Source: a virus (Duplodnaviria > Caudoviricetes). Taken from it: 64,000 bases of DNA. The notes beneath the pieces were generated by a model. It ran no database searches and was not told the origin of the DNA. It was given only the letters and a program-made list of their open reading frames with translations. This document shows positions 37,961 through 47,932 of this stretch, piece by piece. A program made the translations under genes and the position numbers. The stretch is taken from positions 1 through 64,000 of IMG/VR virus record IMGVR_UViG_2636415703_000001, one strand, 5' to 3'. The stretch's first letter is position 1; the number at the start of each line of letters is the position of its first letter.

Positions 37961-38386
37961 TTAAGCAGCGAGGCCGCTGGCCGCTATCCAGCTGGCGGTC
38001 TGTTTTCTGGCATCGTCGAGCTCCAGATAGACGCCGATGTAGTCACCGATGCGGCGCAGCGTTTCAACAAAATCAAGCTGTGCCTGGCTGGTGAACTTCC
38101 CGGCCAGAAAGTCAGTAACCACTTCCGGGATGGGCTGATCCTCTTTCACTGGTTCCGGCTGTGGCTCAGGTTCCAGCGCCGGGCGGGGCGCTGGCTCCGG
38201 TACCGGATCAGGTGCGCTGGTGGCGGGTACTGGTGCTGGTGCAGCGCCATACCCCAGCTGGAGCATGATTGCCTCCATCTGGTCATTGAGATCCAGCAGG
38301 TCCAGCCCCTTCACGGTCGGCGCTTTGATAATCAGCTCGTCCAGCTGGTCGGCTAAATCCAGCTTTTGCAGTGCGGTTAAGCTCAT
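37961..38386 (-). CDS. ddrA: DdrA
   Basis: LDLADQLD...LLDLNDQM..IM.QLGYG matches recalled P1 DdrA. Confidence 0.75.
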   Translation of the reverse strand: MSLTALQKLDLADQLDELIIKAPTVKGLDLLDLNDQMEAIMLQLGYGAAPAPVPATSAPDPVPEPAPRPALEPEPQPEPVKEDQPIPEVVTDFLAGKFTSQAQLDFVETLRRIGDYIGVYLELDDARKQTASWIAASGLAA

Positions 38387-40536
38387 GCGGCCACCCCATT
38401 ACGCTGCACGGCCACCAGCAGATCGCTCAGGTGCTGCACGGCGTCATTGACCAGGGACTCGTTTTCATCGAACACGCCCGCGGCCGTCAGTGCCGCAATA
38501 GCCTCGCGGACCTGATTACGGCCAGCGCGGATCACGTCCATATCGTCAGTATTGAGTGAGGTCAGCCCTCGGAGATAATCGATAGCCTTCTTCGCTTCAG
38601 TATCTGCTTCCGGCATTGGCTCCGGCTGTGGCTCCAGCTGGGGCTCTGGCTCAGCGGTACTCAGTTCCTCCACCAGCGGGATACGCTTGCCAGTGACCAT
38701 CGCCGCCTCTACTGCCTTCAGATACTCAGGACTCTGATTAGCCGCGACGTAATCAGCCGCCTGCTTTAACTGCTCACTGCCGTAGCCCAGTGCTTCAGCC
38801 CAGGCATTAACCAGGTCAGACGCCCAGCCCACCAGGTCGCCCAGGCGCTTCGCTGCTATCCAGTACGGGTCTGTCGTTTCACGATCGTCAGTCACGTCAG
38901 TTTCTTCCTGCTTTGATTCACCGGCTGCCAAGGTCTGCAATCTGGCATTGATCGCCTGATTGAAATAGTCCAGGTCCTCGCCTTCCGGGTATGCAACACC
39001 GGTCAGATTTTTGCGGGCAACCATGCGCACCTGTTTGGCGTAAGTGTCCTGATCTTCAGCAGACATTTTCAGATACTGCGCAGCGTAATCGCTCATCTTG
39101 TCGGCCACGGTAACGGCCAGCGTATCGAGGTCCGCATGCGTCGGGATCAGCTTCAGCTCAAAGTCGGCAATCTCTTTGTCGGTCAGCGGACGGTCGTAGA
39201 AAATAATGCCGTTGCGCGCAACGCCGCTGTACGGCTGGCCCGCTGCTGGCTGGTCTGCGACGGAGGCATAGTCTGGCGGTACCGCGCCAACACCCACGGG
39301 ACGGTTTACCAGCGCATAACGCCAGACGGCTACTGGTGTGACAGGTTCTGGCTGCGGCTGCGGCTCTGGTTCAGATTGCGGCTGTGGTGTGGGCTCTGCC
39401 GTCGCTGTAGCAACGCGATATGGCTGTGCCGCGCCGGTGCGGTAGGCCTTCAGCAGTTTGGTCGCCGCTTTACCCATGTCTGCGACCTGGCTGGATTTGG
39501 ACGGCATTTCATACGTGGTGCCGTCCTGCTCAGTGATGATCACTTTGCCCTCCAGGTCACCGTTCAGGTCATAGCTGTGATAGCGGACCGTCGCGCCGTT
39601 GCTCAGCGTCGCCTGTCCGTCTATGTTCATGCGTGCCTTCACCTGAATAGTGCGATCGCTGAAAGTGTCCGTATTTTCAGGCTGACTGGCTTTCGCCTGC
39701 TGTAGCGCCGCCAGCTGGTCGGTAAGGTCGGCATTTATCTGACGTTGCGCCGCGACTTTGCCACGCAGCGTCTGCTCGTTGTCCTGCTGCATCTGCACGC
39801 GTGCGGTCTGTGCGTCCACCACTTCCAGCAGTGCAGACTGCTGCTCTGCCAGCTTGTCGGTTTCCGCCTGGGTAGTTTCCACTTCGGCGCGCAATTTTGT
39901 CTGTGCGTCTTTCTGCTTAGTGAACTTGCCGCTGTTCTTCTCGATCAGGTTGGAAAGCGCCTGTGTTACCTGCTGCAGAGACACATCCCGTCCGCCAATC
40001 GGGGCCACGATGTGTGTCACGTCTCGCTTGTTGATCAGGAACTGAAACGCCACCAGCGTATCTTGATTGCTGATCTTGCCGTTGTCTGCGGTCGGTGAGT
40101 GAAACACCAGCGACACACTCTGCCCGTCAGATAATGGGATCAGCGCACTCAAAACCGGTATGCTGGCCACACGGCGTACTTTGCCAATTACCGCGCCGCC
40201 CACGGTTTTCTGCCCGGACGTATCCGCGCCTGCATCGTCTGTTCCGGCGCTGATATTGGTCCCGTTAAGGCCACGGTTTAAAGCCTTCACAAAGGCGCGC
40301 ATTGTCTGCGCCAGGCGCATGCGCTCGGTGCTGATTGCTTCAAACATTGCACCCGGCACCAGGCTTTCATCCCCCAGGTAGGTGTGATCAATGTCGTCGA
40401 TAGTGACGCTTTCCAGCATCATATCTGCGCTGCTGCCGGTCATCAGGCCGTCGTAAACCGCCTGCGCCAGTACTGCGCCCGGTGTGCGGCTCTGGAGGTC
40501 CAGCACCATACGATTGCTTAAAATCTCATTCATCAT
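38383..40536 (-). CDS. darA: DarA antirestriction and head protein
   Basis: LSDGQSVSLVFHSP, FLINKRDVTH.VAP (N-domain); YAL..RP.G.GAVP...YDRPL (C-domain). Confidence 0.88.
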   Translation of the reverse strand: MMNEILSNRMVLDLQSRTPGAVLAQAVYDGLMTGSSADMMLESVTIDDIDHTYLGDESLVPGAMFEAISTERMRLAQTMRAFVKALNRGLNGTNISAGTDDAGADTSGQKTVGGAVIGKVRRVASIPVLSALIPLSDGQSVSLVFHSPTADNGKISNQDTLVAFQFLINKRDVTHIVAPIGGRDVSLQQVTQALSNLIEKNSGKFTKQKDAQTKLRAEVETTQAETDKLAEQQSALLEVVDAQTARVQMQQDNEQTLRGKVAAQRQINADLTDQLAALQQAKASQPENTDTFSDRTIQVKARMNIDGQATLSNGATVRYHSYDLNGDLEGKVIITEQDGTTYEMPSKSSQVADMGKAATKLLKAYRTGAAQPYRVATATAEPTPQPQSEPEPQPQPEPVTPVAVWRYALVNRPVGVGAVPPDYASVADQPAAGQPYSGVARNGIIFYDRPLTDKEIADFELKLIPTHADLDTLAVTVADKMSDYAAQYLKMSAEDQDTYAKQVRMVARKNLTGVAYPEGEDLDYFNQAINARLQTLAAGESKQEETDVTDDRETTDPYWIAAKRLGDLVGWASDLVNAWAEALGYGSEQLKQAADYVAANQSPEYLKAVEAAMVTGKRIPLVEELSTAEPEPQLEPQPEPMPEADTEAKKAIDYLRGLTSLNTDDMDVIRAGRNQVREAIAALTAAGVFDENESLVNDAVQHLSDLLVAVQRNGVAA

Positions 40537-41150
40537 GCTGCCTCTTCCAGTTGGGCGATCTGCTCTTTCAGCTGGCGGGTAATCGCCTGCTCCTGATTAA
40601 GCTCGGTCTGTAAGCTGTCGGCGTTTTTTTGTGCCGCGTCGGCATCCCGTGTCAGCTGGTCCGCCTTCGCCTGGGTTTCCGCGATCCCCGCTTTGTAGGC
40701 GTCACGCTGCTGGCGCACTTCAGCCAGCATCTGCACCGATGATTTCACGCCGCGTTTTGGCTGCGGTGAGTCGTCTTTACTTGCAGCAGCGCGTGCCATC
40801 TTGCGAGCCAACACCTTCTGAAATGCCGTTGAGCCTTTCTTAAATAGCGCGGCCAGCTGGCGCCCCAGGTCGGGGATAGTGGTGACATGGGTAAAAGGCA
40901 CGTTTTTGCCATTCAGCTTCAGGCCGGAAATATCGCCGCTGTCGTTGACCTGCACGGTCATAACCTGCTCGTCCATGCCCGTCAGGTTGAAGGTTTTAGT
41001 GAAAACGCCATCCTTTTTCCGGGCTGTGCCGGCGGCGGTAATTTTGGCTACTTCAAAGCCGCTGGTGGCGATCGCCTTTTTCAGCTTCGCCAGGCCTTTC
41101 TCGTTGAGTTCGTCAAAGCTCAAAAGGACGTAGGTTTTAGGATTCGACAC
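40533..41150 (-). CDS. hdf: Hdf
   Basis: FDELNEKGL, Q...VND.GDI...LNGK..P; between lydB and darA. Confidence 0.8.
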   Translation of the reverse strand: MSNPKTYVLLSFDELNEKGLAKLKKAIATSGFEVAKITAAGTARKKDGVFTKTFNLTGMDEQVMTVQVNDSGDISGLKLNGKNVPFTHVTTIPDLGRQLAALFKKGSTAFQKVLARKMARAAASKDDSPQPKRGVKSSVQMLAEVRQQRDAYKAGIAETQAKADQLTRDADAAQKNADSLQTELNQEQAITRQLKEQIAQLEEAA

Positions 41151-41592
41151 GGAATGCCCCCTGCTCTGACTTGCTCAGCTGGTAGGTTCGGGTGACGGTA
41201 TCTTGCAGCGGGAAAATGCGATAAAGCGGATTCAGGCGGCTGTTACCGTGAGTGACGCGCACTGTCAGTGACCACTCGCCAGGTTCCAGATAGCGGGTGT
41301 CGATCAGCAGAAATTCTTCGCTCACGCCTTTTGGTGAGAGGTCCAGCGTGCGTTGCTTGCCTGAAATGACCACTGTTGGATCGTTACTGTCGCGAAGCCA
41401 GTACTCAATTTTGGCTCCCGCAAGTTTCCCCACGCAGGCAATGCTCAGGCGGACCGGAAATGCCAGCGCGTTACCGCGCACGGTGGCCGCACCACATCCA
41501 AGTAAAGACACTTTTTTGCGGGCAAAGGCACAGCGATCGACAACCATTGCCGCCGCCATCGCTGTGATAAACAGGTTCTGGTAATCAATCAT
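41137..41592 (-). CDS. lydB: LydB antiholin
   Basis: N-terminal hydrophobic segment, NPLYRIFP; synteny. Confidence 0.7.
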   Translation of the reverse strand: MIDYQNLFITAMAAAMVVDRCAFARKKVSLLGCGAATVRGNALAFPVRLSIACVGKLAGAKIEYWLRDSNDPTVVISGKQRTLDLSPKGVSEEFLLIDTRYLEPGEWSLTVRVTHGNSRLNPLYRIFPLQDTVTRTYQLSKSEQGAFRVES

Positions 41593-41906
41593 GGGCCGGA
41601 GCCTCCTTTTGACCCAAATACGCCGTTTATTGCCGCAATGAGTCGTTCTTTAAACACAGTTGAGAGTTCACGCCAGTTGTTGCTTGCAACCAACACGGCG
41701 AGGTAAATCACGATTTCGTCCAGTCCTTGCTGTCGCGCAAAAAAGTAAGCAGTCAGTCCGGTAATCAGCGCCAGCACCAGCTCAGTGATGAAATTGAACA
41801 CGTTCGGTTTGATTCGGTATTCGCGTACTCCCAGCAGAAATACGCCTGTGCCGCTTAGCAAAGACAGGAGAAGCGAAACCGCGAGCATTTTTTCTACATC
41901 GGTCAC
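41589..41906 (-). CDS. lydA: LydA holin
   Basis: 105 aa, 2-3 TM segments; first gene of dar operon. Confidence 0.75.
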   Translation of the reverse strand: MTDVEKMLAVSLLLSLLSGTGVFLLGVREYRIKPNVFNFITELVLALITGLTAYFFARQQGLDEIVIYLAVLVASNNWRELSTVFKERLIAAINGVFGSKGGSGP

Positions 41907-41941
41907 ATACCCCCCTTAGCACCTGGTAATCAGGTGGCGAG

Positions 41942-41962
41942 AGGGTAAGGAGTCTGTAATTT
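41942..41962 (-). promoter_or_regulatory. Putative late promoter of lyd-dar operon
   Basis: AAATTACA-GACTCCT-TACCCT. Confidence 0.7.
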
Positions 41963-42011
41963 AGAGAGGTAAAGAAAAACAGCGCCTGGGGGCGCTGTTT
42001 TAAGGGGGGGA

Positions 42012-42602
42012 TCAGAGTGCTGCCGGTGGTGCAGGCCAGGCAGATTCCGGCACGCTGCCAATATCTGTCTCTTTCAGCTGTCGAATATAGGCCATCCATT
42101 CCACCAGCTGCGCCTTGTCAGTGTCCGGCAGCAAGCCAAGCGCCAGCTCCGCCTGCCAGTCGCTGGTATAGGCCCGCGCTTTGGTTAATAGTGAACTTCT
42201 GGTGCGCTCCGCCATTTCCTGCAGCTCTGCGGCGGTATGCTCATACGCCCGTACTTTGCCGTTACGGTAAGCCCACCCGCCTAATCTATCCATGCCTTCT
42301 GGAATATCGGAAGCGTCCACTTCTGCCACCCAGCAGTTGATTGGCCATAGCTTTGAAACATCCATGTCAAAGCTGACAATCCGGCCTGCTTCGTCATAGA
42401 CAATCTTCATCGTGTCTGGTGAAAATAGTGCTTGAGATTCATACCAGTCCTGACCGCTTTTGCACCGAACGAAAATAATATTCATGTCAGTGAGCGACTG
42501 TATCTTAGCGGCCTGCTCTTTTTCTTCGTCAGTGGAAGATTCATTAATGGCCGGTATATCCGGCGTATATTTTTTAAAAGGTCCGAAATTTAACATGTTC
42601 AT
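42012..42602 (-). CDS. Tail fibre assembly chaperone
   Basis: GQDWYESQ, DVSKLWP, WQAELALG, W..YI..L, WPAPP. Confidence 0.85.
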   Translation of the reverse strand: MNMLNFGPFKKYTPDIPAINESSTDEEKEQAAKIQSLTDMNIIFVRCKSGQDWYESQALFSPDTMKIVYDEAGRIVSFDMDVSKLWPINCWVAEVDASDIPEGMDRLGGWAYRNGKVRAYEHTAAELQEMAERTRSSLLTKARAYTSDWQAELALGLLPDTDKAQLVEWMAYIRQLKETDIGSVPESAWPAPPAAL

Positions 42603-42604
42603 CC

Positions 42605-45600
42605 TTACGCAAAGCCTGCTGTATACCAGCCACCGTTAATACAATACTGAACACATCGCGCAGTCACGACGTCGATATATGCATCAGAGTTGTCATTCTT
42701 AGCTGAAGTTAAAACGTAGCCGCTCTCTTCAGTAAGACCGGGACCGTTCCAGGATGTTGCCTGTTTAAAACCAGCAAATCTGACGCCCGTAACAAATCTA
42801 TTAAGCAAAAAATTTGAGAGATATCCACCCCATATAGAACCAGAGAGATTTCCATCCGGATGTATAATTACCGCTCCATTACCGCAGCGTAAGTAGTTCT
42901 GAGCAATGACATCGCCAGCTGAATTAATGTTTGCGTTTACAGTTAAGTTGCCACCGATGCCCACATTATGGGACATATTAACGTTGCCATTAGTGCCGCT
43001 GAAACTGAACGGTCTGAGGCCGTTATAACCGCCATCGGGATCGTTCTGGTTTGTGACCAGCATGTAATAGTTTGCGCCATCGAATCTGTGGATCATACCG
43101 ATGCCGTTACCGCCGGGCGGACGTATACGCAGGCCGTTTGCATCTTCGGTGACAAATCGTCCGTAGGCGTAAATCTGATTGGGACTTAAGCGAAATGTCA
43201 GCGCATTATTTGCATAAAAATCAAGAATGCCATCCCCAGGGCAAACAAAACCTGTATCTGCGTCTCCAATATTGATAGACGCACTGGTGCTTGCAAAAAC
43301 TCCTGTACCCTGATTACCTATGCAAAAACGAGTAGAAGTGAAGATGAGGCCGCGAGAATAAACAGCGTCTTCGAAGTGCGCATCTTTATCGACAACCAGC
43401 TGTCCCTGAATATGCGACTTCGCACCAATATTCAGAAGACCGGCAACAATATTCATTGTTGCCTGACCTATTATAGTTGCATTGGTCGGGTCAACCAGAA
43501 TACGAGCGTCGTAGTCATTTAACTGCGAAGTCGATGAATTAAAGTCAATATATGGATTCGCTGAAATTAGACTGACCTGATTCCTGAACTCCGCAGATCC
43601 TTTAACTCGTAGCGAGTCAGTTACTTCTGCTGCCCCTCTGACAGACAATGCCACGTAGCTATCTGGAATGCTTATATCCGCACCGCCAATGATCGTCTGA
43701 CCGCGCATGTAATTTGGCGCGGTTCCCTGCATAAACAGGTTCCAGCGGCTTAATCCACTACGTGCTGCCTGACGGCCTTCAAAAGCATAGGCTGTTGCAA
43801 TACTGGCACTCGTTTTGTCATAAGAGCGGAAGGAGGTCAAAAGCGAGACTGCCGCATTGGTGTTTACAACGCTGCTGTTGCCCCAGAACTCTACCAGATC
43901 AGCTACAGTCTGCCCGGTATTACCATCACCTACTGATAGTTCTACTCCGAAGCCAATACCGAGCGTTTTTGCGTCTGCGCCAATATTTGCATAAGCCATC
44001 GCAGCGATTTGCGTCGAACCGGACATATTGCCTTTGCCGGGTGCTGAGTTCCCGATTGTCAGCATGCGGCTTGTGCTGTCACTCCCGCCACCAAGTGCAA
44101 GGTGGCCTTTATCGCTGAAAAGCGCGATGTTCTGGTTCCATGTTACGCCGTTATTCCGGTTGTCCACATCGAGGCGCAGGCTGCTACCCTCGCCTCTCAG
44201 GCGGAAGCCCGCTGCGTCTGCGTCACGATCGATGAGGGTGACAGTAGGTGCAAAGCTGTTAACCGTTATCCCCTGAGTGCCGTCACTGCTGCTGCCCGTT
44301 ACCACCAGCGCGGCATTGGTCAGATCGCCTACAGCAGTTGCTCCTTTAGCCAGCACGTTTACCGGACCGGTAAAGTCTGCTCCGGCTGCGACCGTCAGGT
44401 TGCCGCCGACCGTAGCATTATTGCGGAGTTTCATCGTTGAAACGTTGGTTTCACCAGTGCCATCACCCGCCAGGGTCAGCCATGTACCGGGAATAGAATT
44501 ACCCCATGTCACGGCGTCGTTATTGTCTGTGGACTGACCAAAGTACCAGTGCAGCGTGTCATCTGACTTTCGCCCACGCATGTAATAGGCTTTATCTTTA
44601 GTTGCTGGCCGGAGTTGTAACGCCGCAACGTCAGAGGTAAAGGATCCGGCACCATCAGACGACAGGCCACCACCACCAGTGATAGCCAGCCCACCAACCC
44701 CCTGCAGCGTGGCTAAGCCGTCTCCGCCGTTTAGAGCGAGACGTGCAGTAATTACGCCGGTTGACGAGCGCGCATCTACTACAATTTTTCCACCGCCATG
44801 AGTCATATTGGTAGTGGTAATGCCACCGAGGATCCTGCCGCTCCAGGCATCACCACTTAATGCCGCGACCCGACCAACGATCTGCATCACGTCCGTTTCA
44901 TAGGTCGGCGGCTTATCACCCAGTTGATCAGTTCGTAAAAACGTCATCGACGGAACGGAGGGTTCAGAACGAATTACTCCAATACGATATCCGGCACTGA
45001 TTTGAGAGCCAACTTCCAGATTTTTTGAGACTGTCAGCTTTGGCGTGTTGATGTTTGTCAGCTTGCTGGTACTGGTAATATCGTCGTTATCGCCCGCCTT
45101 TGCTGCGCCCGCCTTTACCAGATCAGCCAGTGTCATGCTGGCGCTGTCCATGACCTTTCGCCAGCCGTTGTTGTCCGCGCCAGCTGACTGCCCGGACCAC
45201 GCCCAGTCGCCTGAAACTTTGGCGGCCAGCCGCAGATACATCACACCACCCTGCGCCACCAGCAGCTGCAGGAGTGCAGCGTCGGCATCATATTTCCGGC
45301 GCATATTGAATAGCTGGCCGCGCAGCGTCTGCGTGGTTTTGCCAAGATCAATCGGGCCATCACTGAAGGTCCCACTCAGCGTCCAGAAGGCATTCTGCTC
45401 TGTCACTGATACATCGGCCAGTAAGGTGATTTTGCTGTCGAGTACCAGCGACGGCGCGCCTACTCCAAATGCACCTACGGCCATCAGCGCACCTGGCGTC
45501 ATATCCAGAGGGCTGGTCTGCTGATCTGCCTGTGCGGCGGTACCCAGACCGAGGTGTTTCCGCGCCTCCGGCACATCCGGAATATCAGCCAGATTCTCAC

Positions 45601-46321
45601 TGGCGACCAGCTGCTTCTCATTGACCAGCTGATCCAGCTCGATGTTTTTTCGGAACATCGCTTTGTCATGAATATCCGAGCCGTTATTGGCAATGACCAT
45701 GTTGTTATCAATCATGCCTTTGAGGATTTTTAGCCCTTTCAGGTTGGCCGCAATCAGCTCGTCGTCACTGGTATAGATGGAATCCAGCGTGATCCCGACC
45801 TGCCGGTTAATGCGGTAGTTGGTGACGATCATCGCCTGCGTGACCTGCGTGGTGTCGGTTGGCACCAGCACGCGGCAGAGCTCCAGCTGGTTCGGCTTCA
45901 GCGCAACAGAGATATCCTGCGAAAAAACGCGTGCAGCCTCAACCGTGGAGGTGATATCAACCTGGTCAGTCTTAACGCCCAGCTTGTAATTTGCCTCCAG
46001 CACAATACGGGTGGTTTTGCCCGCCACGACCGGCAGCGTCAGATCGGCCAGGTGCTGAACGGTGATCTGATGTGCGTTCACATCAATCGAGGCTGCGCCC
46101 TGTCCGCCTTCCGCCCCTTTTGAGGTAACGACAACATTCAGCCCGGAACCGGCGACCGGCGAGAAGCCCAGGTAAAAGCCGGATCGCACTATGCCTTTCA
46201 GTTTTCTGTTCAGCGCGGAACTGGTGTAGGTCTCCAGATACTGCATATCCGCCGACAGCGGCGCGGTGCCGTATGCCTTGCCCGCCATAACGCCGATATC
46301 GGTAATTTCGTTACTGCTCAT
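42605..46321 (-). CDS. Tail fibre protein (S-like)
   Basis: P1-like N-terminus (D.QYLE.YTS.ALNRK), NLADI..AR..LGLG repeat, SINIGDADTG, GNL.GSIWGGYLS, QY.INGGW tip. Confidence 0.9.
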   Translation of the reverse strand: MSSNEITDIGVMAGKAYGTAPLSADMQYLETYTSSALNRKLKGIVRSGFYLGFSPVAGSGLNVVVTSKGAEGGQGAASIDVNAHQITVQHLADLTLPVVAGKTTRIVLEANYKLGVKTDQVDITSTVEAARVFSQDISVALKPNQLELCRVLVPTDTTQVTQAMIVTNYRINRQVGITLDSIYTSDDELIAANLKGLKILKGMIDNNMVIANNGSDIHDKAMFRKNIELDQLVNEKQLVASENLADIPDVPEARKHLGLGTAAQADQQTSPLDMTPGALMAVGAFGVGAPSLVLDSKITLLADVSVTEQNAFWTLSGTFSDGPIDLGKTTQTLRGQLFNMRRKYDADAALLQLLVAQGGVMYLRLAAKVSGDWAWSGQSAGADNNGWRKVMDSASMTLADLVKAGAAKAGDNDDITSTSKLTNINTPKLTVSKNLEVGSQISAGYRIGVIRSEPSVPSMTFLRTDQLGDKPPTYETDVMQIVGRVAALSGDAWSGRILGGITTTNMTHGGGKIVVDARSSTGVITARLALNGGDGLATLQGVGGLAITGGGGLSSDGAGSFTSDVAALQLRPATKDKAYYMRGRKSDDTLHWYFGQSTDNNDAVTWGNSIPGTWLTLAGDGTGETNVSTMKLRNNATVGGNLTVAAGADFTGPVNVLAKGATAVGDLTNAALVVTGSSSDGTQGITVNSFAPTVTLIDRDADAAGFRLRGEGSSLRLDVDNRNNGVTWNQNIALFSDKGHLALGGGSDSTSRMLTIGNSAPGKGNMSGSTQIAAMAYANIGADAKTLGIGFGVELSVGDGNTGQTVADLVEFWGNSSVVNTNAAVSLLTSFRSYDKTSASIATAYAFEGRQAARSGLSRWNLFMQGTAPNYMRGQTIIGGADISIPDSYVALSVRGAAEVTDSLRVKGSAEFRNQVSLISANPYIDFNSSTSQLNDYDARILVDPTNATIIGQATMNIVAGLLNIGAKSHIQGQLVVDKDAHFEDAVYSRGLIFTSTRFCIGNQGTGVFASTSASINIGDADTGFVCPGDGILDFYANNALTFRLSPNQIYAYGRFVTEDANGLRIRPPGGNGIGMIHRFDGANYYMLVTNQNDPDGGYNGLRPFSFSGTNGNVNMSHNVGIGGNLTVNANINSAGDVIAQNYLRCGNGAVIIHPDGNLSGSIWGGYLSNFLLNRFVTGVRFAGFKQATSWNGPGLTEESGYVLTSAKNDNSDAYIDVVTARCVQYCINGGWYTAGFA

Positions 46322-46326
46322 GTGCA

Positions 46327-46770
46327 TTACGCCGTTTTCTGTTCGATGGTGACGATAAGACGGTAGGCCTTACCACGGAATACGGTGTCCTGCTGCAGAC
46401 ACAGCACGGCAAAAGCGTTGCCGTCCGCATCTACCAGCGTCAGCGTATTGAGGTCATAGGCTTTGCCTTCCGGTAGAATGGCTTCATCCAGCTGAATAGT
46501 GATCGAGATATCCGCGCCGGTGCTGGTGAGTACCAAAGGCGTTTCAGTGAACTTATTAGTCAGGTTGTCATTGCTGAAGGTTGAGGGAATATCCGCGATA
46601 TTCCAGCCACCGGCGGCGTTGCTGCTGACCAGTGTGGACTTGCCCCAGTAGGCTTTTACCATCTGGAATCGGGAACCCTTGCCGATCGAGGATTCGGCGC
46701 GACGGATGTAGTAGTAATCCAGCAGCTTCGCCTTAAACAGCTTGCTGCTAACGGAAATAGTATCAGCCAT
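46327..46770 (-). CDS. Tail fibre attachment protein (gpR-like)
   Basis: LLDYYY.RRAESSI; upstream of S. Confidence 0.7.
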   Translation of the reverse strand: MADTISVSSKLFKAKLLDYYYIRRAESSIGKGSRFQMVKAYWGKSTLVSSNAAGGWNIADIPSTFSNDNLTNKFTETPLVLTSTGADISITIQLDEAILPEGKAYDLNTLTLVDADGNAFAVLCLQQDTVFRGKAYRLIVTIEQKTA

Positions 46771-46799
46771 AAAAAAGCCTCTCAAAGTTAAGAGGCCAG

Positions 46800-46820
46800 A
46801 GGGTATGGAGTTTGTAAAAT
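46800..46820 (-). promoter_or_regulatory. Putative late promoter of tail fibre operon
   Basis: ATTTTACA-AACTCCA-TACCCT. Confidence 0.6.
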
Positions 46821-46831
46821 CCGATGGTCAA

Positions 46832-47923
46832 CTACGCGACAAATTGCTCATAAAAAAGCGTGGCGATTGTGCTGGTGCCGTTGCCGTCGTCGGGCAGCGC
46901 CAGGACAAACTCTGGTGTACCGTCAAACGGAAACGCCATTATGACGCTGCTGCCGTCCGTGCTGGTGGCTGTAATGCCCTGACTGCTGCCCTTCTGAATG
47001 CCAATGTATTGCACGCCACCTTCTGTAAATATCCGGGCGCGGCTGTCACCAGCTGCACTGGCTACATCAATCGGCGCTGGCGCGGCGTCAGGCCTTGCGA
47101 GGTAGTCATTCGTCCAGGCATCTGCGGCAAACATATCGTACCTTTCGCAGCGCCTGACCTGCCGGAGCGGCACTGCGGGAATATCGAACTGCTGCTGTGT
47201 GGCCATGTGCAGCTTTTTGATCTCCGACTGAAGATCGGCGTATGACATTTTTGCCTGATAGTCGATACCGGCACTGATGAGCGTGATGTTCTCAGCATCA
47301 GCACTCATTTCAAACGAGATGAAGAGCGCCAAGCCGTCAAACACAATGTGAAGCGGCAGCAGCGGCGCAATGATACGGTCAAACTGCGTCAGCAGCTTCT
47401 GCACTGCCTGATCCTGCTCCATGTAGCCATACCTCTCGTACAACTCATTCAGCGCCACCGAGATTTGCGCCCGTGACGTCAGGAAAAACTCGCCATATTT
47501 CGCTTCGGCAATCGCCAGGCCCTCTTTTGTAGTGAAGAAGGTGCCATAGGGTGCCAGTTCCTGATCCACGGGCGCATACAGCTCCTGCCAGCTGACCGGC
47601 AGGTTATCAAACTCACGCCAGAACGTTGAGGTGATCGGCTTATCGGTGCCTTTAAAATGCACTTCATCCAAGCGTTGCGCCAGCAGTACAGGCCTGCTGG
47701 TGTCCGTGGTTTCAGCCACAATGAAGAATCGGCCATATTCGCCCATGCGCAGCGTCAGATCGTCCTTATCCATTGTGTAATAGCTTTTGCGGTTGGTAAT
47801 GCGCTCCAGAATCGGCTCGACCGTATCCTCAAAAATACTCTGGAGGACGTTAGCAAACCCCGACCATAATTCAGAGCCCTGCTTTTCCGGTGTAAGACGG
47901 TCTTTTACCCAGTTTCTGATCAT
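46832..47923 (-). CDS. Baseplate protein (gp16-like)
   Basis: DEVHFKGT, PLHIVFDG; synteny. Confidence 0.75.
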   Translation of the reverse strand: MIRNWVKDRLTPEKQGSELWSGFANVLQSIFEDTVEPILERITNRKSYYTMDKDDLTLRMGEYGRFFIVAETTDTSRPVLLAQRLDEVHFKGTDKPITSTFWREFDNLPVSWQELYAPVDQELAPYGTFFTTKEGLAIAEAKYGEFFLTSRAQISVALNELYERYGYMEQDQAVQKLLTQFDRIIAPLLPLHIVFDGLALFISFEMSADAENITLISAGIDYQAKMSYADLQSEIKKLHMATQQQFDIPAVPLRQVRRCERYDMFAADAWTNDYLARPDAAPAPIDVASAAGDSRARIFTEGGVQYIGIQKGSSQGITATSTDGSSVIMAFPFDGTPEFVLALPDDGNGTSTIATLFYEQFVA

Positions 47924-47932
47924 GACCGTGCC

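Noticed and set aside
38140-39400. PE/PQ-rich repeats in ddrA and darA
   Set aside because: Low-complexity protein linkers
42012-46321. Invertible tail-fibre segment
   Set aside because: No serine invertase, no inverted second fibre cassette and no cix-like repeats seen
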